This document shows positions 9,195 through 18,267 of a DNA stretch of 64,000 nt, in pieces. Source of the DNA: Acidimicrobiales bacterium (GTDB lineage Bacteria; Actinomycetota; Acidimicrobiia; Acidimicrobiales; RAAP-2); the NCBI GenBank assembly GCA_049790955.1, contig JBAQZL010000097.1, forward strand, positions 13,729-77,728, written 5' to 3'. The number at the start of each line of letters is the position of its first letter. The stretch's first letter is position 1. Position numbers and translations under genes: made by a program. Under the pieces are notes generated by a model. That model ran no database searches and had not been told where the DNA came from. It worked only from the letters and a program-made list of their open reading frames with translations.

Positions 9195-9544
9195 TTCGCG
9201 GCCTTCAGTCGTCGCTTGGCCGTGCCGCTCACGATGCGCCAGGCGGTGAGACCCATGACGATCAGAGCGAGGACCGCGACAATGACGTACGGCAACCACG
9301 ACAGCGACCCGTCAAGAACCGGAAACTGCCACTGGAGGTAGCGCAGCGCGCCAAACAAGAGCAACACCGCTCCAAAGCCGACGAAGACGCTCCCGATGGC
9401 GCCCCACATGACGAAACGCCAGAGATCCTTGAGAGGCTTGACCGTCTCCTCTTTGATGTAGCGAATGGCGATCGACTTCAACTCGTCCAGATCGTGTTGC
9501 AGGGACGCTCCCCACAAAAAGCGACGCCACGGCGAGTTCTTCAT
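9191..9544 (-). CDS. Two-TM membrane protein resembling the 'putative actinobacterial holin-X' (phage holin family 3_6) group
   Basis: 117 aa. An amphipathic N-terminus (DLDELKSIAIRYIKEETVKPLKDL) is followed by two hydrophobic helices and a basic tail. The family call is by pattern only. Confidence 0.5.
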   Translation of the reverse strand: MKNSPWRRFLWGASLQHDLDELKSIAIRYIKEETVKPLKDLWRFVMWGAIGSVFVGFGAVLLLFGALRYLQWQFPVLDGSLSWLPYVIVAVLALIVMGLTAWRIVSGTAKRRLKAAK

Positions 9545-9553
9545 GCCCTCAGC

Positions 9554-9952
9554 CTACTCAGGACGTTCTCGGATCAGGTAGGTAGAACTGGCCGTCGCTA
9601 TGAGGCGTTCGTCGCTGTCCGTGATCTTGGCCTCGAGGAACGAGATGACTCGACCCGGCTTCAGGACCGTCGCCACGCAGGTGAGAATGTCGTTCACTTT
9701 CGCGGCGCGCACGAACGAGACCTTCATCTCGGTGTTGGCGACAAATACCCGACGATCGGCGACCATCGTCACCGCCGAGGCCCCCATCGCTGAATCGAGC
9801 ATCGCCGCCAAAAACCCACCTTGAATCACGCCGGCTGGATTCGAAAATCGCTCGTCAGCCTTCGCGCGCCACACCGTTCGACCCGGTACCGATTTGTCGA
9901 CGCAGGTGAGTCCGAGAGTCAGGTCACAGTTCGGAGGAATCTGCAGCGCCAC
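9554..9952 (-). CDS. PaaI-family hotdog-fold thioesterase
   Basis: 132 aa. ...NPAGVIQGGFLAAMLDSAMGAS... matches the canonical PaaI/4HBT motif region. Confidence 0.8.
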   Translation of the reverse strand: MALQIPPNCDLTLGLTCVDKSVPGRTVWRAKADERFSNPAGVIQGGFLAAMLDSAMGASAVTMVADRRVFVANTEMKVSFVRAAKVNDILTCVATVLKPGRVISFLEAKITDSDERLIATASSTYLIRERPE

Positions 9953-10012
9953 GTGGCGAGACTAGTCCTGACGCCGCTCGGGTCTCGCGTTGAATTCACT
10001 ACTGTTTGAGGC

Positions 10013-12010
10013 ATGACTGACTCTCTCTACCCCGGCGCCAACGAACTCGAAGGCCGCATGATTCGCCAAGTAGTGACTCTCGCCATGGACGCACCCGAAA
10101 AGGCCAACTCTGGTCACAGTGGCACCGCTATGGCGCTCGCTCCCCTCGGTGTCATGTTGTGGGGTCGCATTATGCGTCACGACCCGACCGACCCCGACTG
10201 GAGTGACCGCGACCGTTTTATTTTGAGCTGCGGACACGCCTGCGTCCTGCAGTATTCGCTTGCTCACATCTTCGGGTACGACGTCACGATCGATGACTTA
10301 AAGGAGTTCCGCCAGGCGCACTCCAAGTGTCCCGGTCACCCCGAAAAAGGCGTCACTCCGACCATTGAAGTGACAACTGGTCCCCTGGGCCAAGGCATCG
10401 CCGACGGCGTCGGCATGGCCATTGCGGAACGCATCTTGCGCCACGACCACGGCGCGGACTTCGTCGACCACCGCATCTGGGTCATCGCGGGTGACGGCTG
10501 CATAGAAGAGGGCATCAGTCACGAAGCCGCGTCACTCGCAGGATCACTTGGCCTCGACCGCCTGACGATCTTCTACGACGACAACCACATCACGATCGAC
10601 GGCAAGACGGAACTGGCGTTGCACGACAACACGGCCGAGCGCTTCGCTGCCTATGGCTGGCATGTCGTCAATGTTGGTGATCGCGCGAATGAGCTGGACG
10701 TGCTCGAAGAAGCCACGCGCGCAGCGATCGCTGAGACAGAGCGTCCCACTGTCATCATTATCCGTTCGCACATTGGATTCCCGTCCGCCGAGATGATGGA
10801 CCGCAAGGAAGCGCACGGCACACCCTTTCCACCGGAAGCCATCTCCGCGGTAAAGAAGCAGCTCGGAGTGCCGGACGAGCCTTTCGCCGTGGACAAAGAG
10901 GTGCCCCGCGACGTAATGGCGACTCTCGGTCCCAACCGCGACGCGCGCACGGCTTGGGAAGCGCGCATCACCGCCTCGGGCGAAAAGGGTGCGCGCTATC
11001 TCGAGCAGCTCGACACGAACGGCGCCGCCACTATCACCACCAAGGCTGAGCTCTATGAGCCAGGTTCCATGGTGGCGACTCGCAAGGGCATGCAACGGGC
11101 CATGGACACGTACGCGTCGCAGACGCCCGGCCTCACCGCCGGGTCGGCCGACCTGACGGGCAACACGGGAATGGTGTTGAACGGCGCTGAGATGCAGGCT
11201 CGCGAGACTCCTGGCGGACGCCAGATTCACTACGGCATTCGTGAGCACGCCATGAGCGCGAGTCTCGTTGGTCAGTATCACCACGGAGGAATTCGTCCGG
11301 TGGGCTCGACGTTCTTCGTGTTCAATGACTACGCGCGCCCCGCGGTTCGTTTGGCGGCGATGAGCGAAGCCGGGGCGATGTTCGTCTACACGCACGACTC
11401 CATCGGCGTGGGAGAAGACGGCCCTACCCATGAGCCCGTCGAGCACCTCATGGCGCTTCGTGCGATGCCGAACATTCACGTGGTGCGCCCGAGCGACGCC
11501 AACGAGACACTCGACCTCGTAGAGCAGTATCTCAGCGCGAAAGAGCCGTTCCCGACGGCCATGATTCTCTCGCGACAGGACATTCAGACCTTTAATGCCG
11601 ATGAGGCGGCCGCGAGCGCGAAGGGTGCCCGTCGAGGGGGCTACGTCGTGCGCGAGAACGACAACGCCGTCTTCACGCTGGTGGGCACTGGCTCAGAAGT
11701 GTCACTGTGTCTGCGGGCCAGTGAAGAGCTAGCTGAGAAAGGCATCGTCACGCGCGTGGTCGCTCTTCCGTGTTGGCGGTGCTTTGACGATCAACCAAGT
11801 GACTATCGCCGCGAGGTGCTCCGTCGTTCGATCCCCTCGGTCGCGATCGAAGCGGGCGCCACCCTCGGTTGGGCCAACTACGTCGATGACTCCATCGGCA
11901 TCAATACCTTCGGGATGTCTGCTCCCGACAAGGTTGTCTTTGCGAATTTCAATATTGTCCCCGCCGCCGTGGTTGCCCACGTCGAACATGTTCTAAGTGA
12001 GAAAAAATGA
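10013..12010 (+). CDS. tkt: Transketolase
   Basis: 665 aa. Motifs seen: ANSGHSGTAMALAPL, the ThDP motif GDGCIEEGISHEA, and ...HDSIGVGEDGPTHEP.... Confidence 0.95.
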   Translation: MTDSLYPGANELEGRMIRQVVTLAMDAPEKANSGHSGTAMALAPLGVMLWGRIMRHDPTDPDWSDRDRFILSCGHACVLQYSLAHIFGYDVTIDDLKEFRQAHSKCPGHPEKGVTPTIEVTTGPLGQGIADGVGMAIAERILRHDHGADFVDHRIWVIAGDGCIEEGISHEAASLAGSLGLDRLTIFYDDNHITIDGKTELALHDNTAERFAAYGWHVVNVGDRANELDVLEEATRAAIAETERPTVIIIRSHIGFPSAEMMDRKEAHGTPFPPEAISAVKKQLGVPDEPFAVDKEVPRDVMATLGPNRDARTAWEARITASGEKGARYLEQLDTNGAATITTKAELYEPGSMVATRKGMQRAMDTYASQTPGLTAGSADLTGNTGMVLNGAEMQARETPGGRQIHYGIREHAMSASLVGQYHHGGIRPVGSTFFVFNDYARPAVRLAAMSEAGAMFVYTHDSIGVGEDGPTHEPVEHLMALRAMPNIHVVRPSDANETLDLVEQYLSAKEPFPTAMILSRQDIQTFNADEAAASAKGARRGGYVVRENDNAVFTLVGTGSEVSLCLRASEELAEKGIVTRVVALPCWRCFDDQPSDYRREVLRRSIPSVAIEAGATLGWANYVDDSIGINTFGMSAPDKVVFANFNIVPAAVVAHVEHVLSEKK

Positions 12011-13119
12011 CCAAACTGAACGATCTCTACGCCGACTACGGCCAGAGCCCCTGGATTGACAACCTTCGACGTGACTGGCTGCAAGACGGCACCTTAAAGA
12101 AGTACATCGACGAGGGCGTTCGAGGACTAACGTCCAACCCTTCGATCTTCGCCAAGACCATTGGCGAGTCATCGGCCTACGACAGTGACATCGCGGCAAG
12201 CACCGAGACCGACCCAGAGAAGGTGTTCGAGAAGTTGGCCGTCTCCGATGTCCGTGGAGCGTGCGACTTGCTGGCCCCAGTCAACGAGAGCGCCAAAGCG
12301 GAATTCGCCTCGGGATCGCGTCGCTACCTCGACGGCTTTGTCTCACTGGAAGTGTCGCCGCGCCTGGCCCACGACACGGAGGGCACGATTGCAGCGGCCA
12401 AGCGACTCTTTGGCGAGGTAGATCGTCGAAACGTCATGATCAAGATTCCGGCGACCAAAGAGGGCCTGCCGGCGATTCGCGCCGTGCTCGGCGCCGGAAT
12501 CAACGTCAACGTGACTTTGATCTTCTCGGTCGAGCGTTACAACGACGTCATCACTGCGTGGCGCGACGGGATCTCCGACGCCTACTCAGCGGGCCACGAT
12601 ATTGGTGGGATCGCTAGTGTGGCCTCCTTCTTCGTGTCGCGGGTCGATGTCGCCGTGGACGCGCTGTTGCCCGAGGGCGACCCCCGTCGAGGAACGATCG
12701 CCAACGCGCAAGCCGCCGCGGCGTATCAGCTGTACCGAGGTCGAGTCCAGGAGGAGAAGATCAGGGATCTTCTCACCGAAGGCGCCCAAGTACAACGTCC
12801 TCTCTGGGCTTCGACATCGACCAAGAATCCCAGCTACGACGACCTTCTCTACGTTGACCGACTGGTCGCCGACGAGACGGTCAACACCATGCCCGATAAA
12901 ACTCTGGCCGATGCGCTCGATCACGGGAACTTTTCGACGTCGTATCTCTTAAGCGACGAGACGTGCCAGGCCACGGCAGCGCTCCTCGAGAAGCTCTCTC
13001 CGGACGTGGACCTCGCGAAGGTGAGCGAACAACTTGAACTAGAGGGCGTTGCGTCATTCGCGAAGGCCTACGACGAGTTGCTGGCGACGGTCTCATCGAA
13101 GATGCCGGCCCTCAAATAG
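12007..13119 (+). CDS. tal: Transaldolase (long actinobacterial type)
   Basis: 370 aa. GQSPWIDNLRRDWL...GVRGLTSNPSIF...VMIKIPATKEGL includes the Schiff-base Lys context. There is a 4-nt overlap with the tkt stop. Confidence 0.93.
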   Translation: MTKLNDLYADYGQSPWIDNLRRDWLQDGTLKKYIDEGVRGLTSNPSIFAKTIGESSAYDSDIAASTETDPEKVFEKLAVSDVRGACDLLAPVNESAKAEFASGSRRYLDGFVSLEVSPRLAHDTEGTIAAAKRLFGEVDRRNVMIKIPATKEGLPAIRAVLGAGINVNVTLIFSVERYNDVITAWRDGISDAYSAGHDIGGIASVASFFVSRVDVAVDALLPEGDPRRGTIANAQAAAAYQLYRGRVQEEKIRDLLTEGAQVQRPLWASTSTKNPSYDDLLYVDRLVADETVNTMPDKTLADALDHGNFSTSYLLSDETCQATAALLEKLSPDVDLAKVSEQLELEGVASFAKAYDELLATVSSKMPALK

Positions 13120-13156
13120 AGGGTCACTTCTTCAGGTGGCGTCCTAGGATGCAGCA

Positions 13157-15418
13157 ATGACGACACTCGCAGGCCTCAAGACCACCAGCGAACTGCTCGA
13201 AAGCCCGGCGGCTGAACTCGCGCCGTTGGCGTACGAGCGCGCACGTAGTTTGTTCGGCCACGTGGTGACCTACTCGCCGAAGGTCTTCATACCCCTCACC
13301 AAACTCTGTCGCGACCGCTGCGGGTACTGCACGTTTGCCCAGGCGCCCGCTCACGTGGCGTCTCCTTACATGAGTCTCGATGAAGTGATGGCCGTGGCCC
13401 AGGCTGGCCGCGACGCGGGCTGCACTGAAGCGCTGTTCACGCTCGGAGAACGCCCGGAACTTCGCTACGACGAAGCCGCACGCTGGCTCGCGGCCCGTGG
13501 TTACTCTTCGACGGTTGACTACGTCGCCACGGCGGCCCAGATGGTGCTGGAGGGGACGGGCCTCCTCCCCCACGCGAACGCTGGCGCCCTCTACGAACAC
13601 GAACTTGCGCAGCTGCGCACCGTTAGTGCCTCTCAGGGCATGATGATTGAAGTCCTCGCGGACGTTGCAGCTCATCGTTTAGCGCCCGACAAGGAGCCTC
13701 AGCGTCGTTTGGACACCCTTCGTTGGGCCGGAGAGTTAAAGATTCCTTTCACGACGGGCCTCTTGGTCGGAATTGGCGAAAGTCGCGAAGACCGTGTGCG
13801 GACGCTGGAGGCGATTGCCCTCTCGCACGAGGAGTTCGGACATATCCAAGAGGTCATCATTCAAAACTTCTTGCCCAAGCCGCGAACCGCCATGGCGCAC
13901 GAGCCGCCCGCGAGCGAGGAAGAGTTTCATTGGACGATCAGCGCCGCACGACTGATCCTGGCGGACTCTATTCACCTGCAGGCTCCGCCCAACCTCAGCG
14001 ATGATCCGACACGTTTGCTGGACTTTGGTATCGATGACTTTGGCGGCATCTCGCCGGTCACGGCCGACCACGTCAACCCCGAACGCGCGTGGCCAGCACT
14101 CGAGACTCTGGGGCGCGAGAGCGCGCAGCGTGGCTTTCACTTGACGCCGCGACTGACGGTATACCCCGAGTACGTCGGCGAGCGCACCGACTTTTTGGAC
14201 GAAAAGGTCCGCCCGTACGTTCTCGCCTCCGCCGACGCGCACTCGCTGGCGCGCAATGACGTCTGGTACTCCGGCACCGATCACACTCCCCCCGCCAAGC
14301 CCTCGTCGTCGACAAAGACGAGCGTTGTGACGCAGTTGCTCTCTTCCTACGAACCGGGCTACGAGTTCGATCGACGCGAGCTGGTCACCCTGTTTGGTGC
14401 GCGCGACGGCGACTTCAACGCCCTGGTCGACCTCGCGAACTCCGTGCGTCAAGACCTCGTCGGCGACGCCGTGAGCTTCGTGATCAACCGCAACATCAAC
14501 TACACGAACGTCTGCACCTTCAAGTGTCGGTTCTGCGCCTTTTCGAAGGGTCCGCTCTCGCTCAACCTTCGCGGAGATCCCTACCTGCTCACTCTGGAAG
14601 AGATAAGTGAGCGCGTACGAGAAGCCGAAGAGCGCGGCGCCACCGAGGTCTGCATGCAGGGCGGCATTCACCCGAAGTTTGACGGCGATTACTACATCGA
14701 CGTCATCGCGGCCGTCCGGGCCGGATCGCCCAAGATCCACATCCACGCCTTCAGTGCTCTCGAAGTCTTCGAAGGGGCCCGTCGTTCCGAGCAGGACCTC
14801 GCCACGTATCTGACGCGACTAAAGGACGCAGGATTAAAGACTCTCCCGGGCACCGCTGCGGAGATCCTGGACGACAACGTTCGCGCCACTCTGTGCCCGG
14901 ACAAGATCAACTCCGATCAATGGCTGGAAGTTCACCGGACCGCCCACTCGGTCGGGCTGCACTCGAACATCACGATCATGTTCGGCGCGGTGGAAAGTCC
15001 CGACAGTTGGGCCACGCACTTGCTGCGCACGCGCGACCTGCAGCGCGAAACTGGCGGGTTTACGGAGTTCGTGCCGCTGCCCTTCGTGCACATGGCGACG
15101 CCGCTGTTCTTGAAGGGCCGTTCTCGAAAGGGCCCCACGTTCCGCGAATCCGTGTTGATGCACGCCGTCGCGCGACTGCACTACGCGACCTTGATCGACA
15201 ATATTCAGGTCAGTTGGGTGAAGATGGGCGTTGAGGGCTCGCGCCGCATCCTGCAAGCCGGTGCGAATGACCTCGGCGGGACCCTCATGGACGAAAACAT
15301 CTCGCGAGCGGCCGGAGCCACGCACGGTCAAGAGATGGACGTCGCCTCGCTGCAATCGTTAGTGGAGCCTCTTGGACGACCCCTGCATCAGCGCAGCACT
15401 CTCTATCAGACGTTGTAG
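13157..15418 (+). CDS. fbiC: FO synthase (7,8-didemethyl-8-hydroxy-5-deazariboflavin synthase), fused CofG/CofH
   Basis: 753 aa with two radical-SAM CxxxCxxC motifs (CRDRCGYC and CTFKCRFC) in two homologous halves. This is the FbiC architecture. Confidence 0.92.
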   Translation: MTTLAGLKTTSELLESPAAELAPLAYERARSLFGHVVTYSPKVFIPLTKLCRDRCGYCTFAQAPAHVASPYMSLDEVMAVAQAGRDAGCTEALFTLGERPELRYDEAARWLAARGYSSTVDYVATAAQMVLEGTGLLPHANAGALYEHELAQLRTVSASQGMMIEVLADVAAHRLAPDKEPQRRLDTLRWAGELKIPFTTGLLVGIGESREDRVRTLEAIALSHEEFGHIQEVIIQNFLPKPRTAMAHEPPASEEEFHWTISAARLILADSIHLQAPPNLSDDPTRLLDFGIDDFGGISPVTADHVNPERAWPALETLGRESAQRGFHLTPRLTVYPEYVGERTDFLDEKVRPYVLASADAHSLARNDVWYSGTDHTPPAKPSSSTKTSVVTQLLSSYEPGYEFDRRELVTLFGARDGDFNALVDLANSVRQDLVGDAVSFVINRNINYTNVCTFKCRFCAFSKGPLSLNLRGDPYLLTLEEISERVREAEERGATEVCMQGGIHPKFDGDYYIDVIAAVRAGSPKIHIHAFSALEVFEGARRSEQDLATYLTRLKDAGLKTLPGTAAEILDDNVRATLCPDKINSDQWLEVHRTAHSVGLHSNITIMFGAVESPDSWATHLLRTRDLQRETGGFTEFVPLPFVHMATPLFLKGRSRKGPTFRESVLMHAVARLHYATLIDNIQVSWVKMGVEGSRRILQAGANDLGGTLMDENISRAAGATHGQEMDVASLQSLVEPLGRPLHQRSTLYQTL

Positions 15419-15420
15419 CA

Positions 15421-16398
15421 ATGACGTCTCTCATTGACACGCTTCTCCACGACATCGAGAACGACACCGAGCTCTCGGACGAACGCCGAGAGCTACTGCG
15501 CGCTCTACTGGCCCGAGTGGTCGCGGTCGCCGAATCTGATGCGCGCACGCGAGATCTACACGTCGCGGTGCAGGCGATTGACGAGTTGTTGGAGGCGTTC
15601 GCTCTCTTCGAACAAGAAAGCGAACGACGAAAGATCACCATCTTCGGTTCGGCACGAACGTCACCCGACTCGCCCATCTACCAGATGACACTGGAACTCG
15701 CGAAGGCGATGGCCGATCGTGACTGGATTATCGTATCGGGAGCGGGACCAGGTATTATGGAGGCGTCGGCGCGAGGTGCCGGCGAGGCAAACACCATTGG
15801 CGTCAACATTCGATTGCCGTTCGAGCAGACGGCCAATCCCTACATCGCGGCCACGAACCTCGTCACGATGAAGTACTTCTTCACGAGGAAAGTGGCGTTG
15901 ACGCGACCCTCGATTGCATTTGTCGTCTTGCCAGGCGGGCTCGGCACCATGGACGAACTCTTTGAAGTCCTCACGTTGCTCGACACCGGCAAGACAACAC
16001 CGGCGCCGGTTGTTCTCCTTGACACTCCCGAAGGAAAGTTCTGGCAAGAGTGGTTGACCTTCATGGATCAAGCCATCGTGAAGAACCATTACGTCTCCAC
16101 CGACGATATGTTCATTGTCCGGCTCGCGACGTCGATCGACGACACAGTCGATGAGATTGAGCACTTCTACTCGAACTACCGGGGCTTTGAAATTGTTGGT
16201 GAACGCGGCTTGATCTCGCTCAACCGTCACCCGACTCCTGAACAACTCGAGGCCTTGGCCCTCGCGGTTCCCATGTTCGCGGGCGATCCTGGATACAAGC
16301 TCGAGGGCGACAACGTGATCTCGTTTAACTTCGACGGTCGCAACTACGTAAATCTGCGGCTCGTGATCGACGAAGTCAATAGCTGGGACGAAAACTAA
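15421..16398 (+). CDS. LOG-family (TIGR00730-type) nucleotide 5'-monophosphate nucleosidase-like protein, long form with N- and C-terminal extensions
   Basis: 325 aa. The core ITIFGSAR...SGAGPGIMEA...LPFEQ..NPY...PGGLGTMDE carries the LOG signature PGGxGTxxE. The ATG is 2 nt after the fbiC stop. Confidence 0.8.
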   Translation: MTSLIDTLLHDIENDTELSDERRELLRALLARVVAVAESDARTRDLHVAVQAIDELLEAFALFEQESERRKITIFGSARTSPDSPIYQMTLELAKAMADRDWIIVSGAGPGIMEASARGAGEANTIGVNIRLPFEQTANPYIAATNLVTMKYFFTRKVALTRPSIAFVVLPGGLGTMDELFEVLTLLDTGKTTPAPVVLLDTPEGKFWQEWLTFMDQAIVKNHYVSTDDMFIVRLATSIDDTVDEIEHFYSNYRGFEIVGERGLISLNRHPTPEQLEALALAVPMFAGDPGYKLEGDNVISFNFDGRNYVNLRLVIDEVNSWDEN

Positions 16399-16598
16399 TC
16401 GTCGTCGTCGTCGCTACGTCGCAGTAGATGCTCCGCTTTCTGGAGACTCCGTCGTACGCGTGACAGATTTCGTTCGAGTTCCTTCGCGTTCTCGGCGTCG
16501 TCGTTGCGCAGCTGCGCGCGAACCATGTCAAAGATGACGTCGGAGACCCGACGCTCCAGTCCCGCGATCTCGTCGGCGAGGTCGTCCAATGACTCCAC
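16395..16598 (-). CDS. Hypothetical small helical acidic protein with a poly-Asp C-terminus
   Basis: 67 aa: (M)ESLDDLADEIAGLERRVSDVIF...LLRRSDDDDD. The GTG start overlaps the upstream acyl-CoA ligase stop by 1 nt (TAGTG). The stop overlaps the LOG stop on the other strand (CTAA). No family recognised. Confidence 0.4.
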   Translation of the reverse strand: MESLDDLADEIAGLERRVSDVIFDMVRAQLRNDDAENAKELERNLSRVRRSLQKAEHLLRRSDDDDD

Positions 16599-18214
16599 TA
16601 CGAAAGGACCTCCACGTTGAGCTCGTCATCTGCGTAGAGCGCGCGCAGTACCTTCTTGTCAAACTTTCCGACGCTGGTCTTGGGCACGCTCTCGATGAAG
16701 GTCCATCGCTCGGGCAGCCACCATTTTGCCACCCGGTCAGCGAGAAACGCGCGCAGCTCCGCGGCGCTAGCCGTCGCCTCGGGCTTCAAGACCACGCAGC
16801 AGAGCGGCCGCTCTTGCCATCTGTCGTCGGGGACCGCGATGACCGCCGCTTCGAAGACAGCGGGGTGCGCCATGACGTTGACTTCGAGGTCCACTGAGCT
16901 GATCCACTCGCCCCCCGACTTGATGACGTCCTTGCTGCGGTCGCTCACCACCATGAAGCCTTCTGAATCGAGCGTGCCGATGTCGCCCGTGCGCAGCCAA
17001 CCGTCGCGGAACTTGTCGGGGTCGTCGACGCCAAAGTACGAACCGGTGATCCACGGGCCGCGGATCTCAAACTCGCCGAGCGATTTGCCGTCCCTCGGCA
17101 GTACGTTGCCGTGGTCGTCGGTGAGGCGAACTTCGACGCCGGCGACAACGCGACCCGCCTTCACGCGGTAGTCCACGTCGAGGTCTTTGGGTGTTCCCGC
17201 CGGAGGAATGGAGACGGCCGCGAGAGGACTCGTTTCCGTCATGCCCCAACCCTGAATGAGATCGATGCCGAATCGGTCGCGGAACGCTTCGATCATGAAG
17301 CGCGGCACGGCGGATCCGCCCGCGATAATTCCGCGCATGCTCGAGAGGTCGGCGTCCGGCGTCGTCTCGGCGACGCGCAAGACGTCGTTCCAGATGGTCG
17401 GCACGCCGAGTGAGATGGTCGGGCGCAGCTCTCGAATCATGGTGAGAATGGGGCCGCCCTGAAGGAACATCTGGGGCATGATCAGTTCCACCCCGGCGAA
17501 GAACGCCGTGTAGACGGTCCCCCAGGCATTGACATGGAACATCGGCACAATCAAGAGGCACCGGTCGCGTTCGCAGAGTCCAATTGAGTTCGCAGTCATC
17601 GAAGCCATCGAGTGCAGCCAGGTCGAACGGTGCGAATAGACGACGCCCTTGGGATTGCCAGTCGTGCCTGAGGTGTAACACATGATCGCGGCGTCACGCT
17701 CGTCGAGGAGCGGCCACTCATATCCGGGGCGCTCGGCGTTGACGAGTGTCTCGTAATCCAACGTGTCGCCCAGCACTCTCGTCGGCTCCTCGCCGTGCAC
17801 GATGATGGTGGTCGTCGACGGAATCTGATCTTGGATTTTCGCGAGCAACGGGGCCAATGAGGCATCGACGATAATCACCCGGTCGTCGGCGTGATTGATG
17901 ATGAACGACAGTTGTTCAGGGAAGAGGCGAATATTGAGAGTATGCAGCACCGCTCCCATGCTCGGCACTGCGAAATACGCCTCCATGTGGGCCTGGTTAT
18001 TCCACATGAACGTCGCGACGCGCTCACCGCGCTGGACGCCCAGCCTCTCGAGGGCAGCGGCCAATTGCTCCGCGCGGTGGGCGATCTGGGCGAAGGTGGC
18101 CTCTTCTGCGCCGGTCGGAGTGACCGTGAAGACCTTCTTTTCGGCGTAGACCGCGACGCCGTGCCGCATGATGTCGCGCAGCAACAACGGGGCGTCTTGC
18201 ATCGTGCTTTTCAT
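16598..18214 (-). CDS. Long-chain fatty-acid--CoA ligase (AMP-forming, Thermus LC-FACS-like)
   Basis: 538 aa. AMP-binding motifs YTSGTTGNPKGV, ...PMFHVNAWG..., GWGMTETSP and ...IKSGGEWISSVDLE... are present. Confidence 0.9.
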   Translation of the reverse strand: MKSTMQDAPLLLRDIMRHGVAVYAEKKVFTVTPTGAEEATFAQIAHRAEQLAAALERLGVQRGERVATFMWNNQAHMEAYFAVPSMGAVLHTLNIRLFPEQLSFIINHADDRVIIVDASLAPLLAKIQDQIPSTTTIIVHGEEPTRVLGDTLDYETLVNAERPGYEWPLLDERDAAIMCYTSGTTGNPKGVVYSHRSTWLHSMASMTANSIGLCERDRCLLIVPMFHVNAWGTVYTAFFAGVELIMPQMFLQGGPILTMIRELRPTISLGVPTIWNDVLRVAETTPDADLSSMRGIIAGGSAVPRFMIEAFRDRFGIDLIQGWGMTETSPLAAVSIPPAGTPKDLDVDYRVKAGRVVAGVEVRLTDDHGNVLPRDGKSLGEFEIRGPWITGSYFGVDDPDKFRDGWLRTGDIGTLDSEGFMVVSDRSKDVIKSGGEWISSVDLEVNVMAHPAVFEAAVIAVPDDRWQERPLCCVVLKPEATASAAELRAFLADRVAKWWLPERWTFIESVPKTSVGKFDKKVLRALYADDELNVEVLS

Positions 18215-18267
18215 AATCCCCCTCTAGGCGTGCTGCCACGATGCTACAAAACCGTGGCGACGCTTCG

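Noticed and set aside
9191-9544. Holin-family protein as part of a prophage lysis cassette
   Set aside because: There is no endolysin, spanin or other phage gene nearby. The neighbours are core genes, and the family is widespread as a chromosomal gene in Actinobacteria.
10544-14746. Minus-strand ORFs 10544..11479 (311 aa) and 13736..14746 (336 aa)
   Set aside because: They are antisense to tkt and fbiC respectively, Arg-rich, with no motifs.
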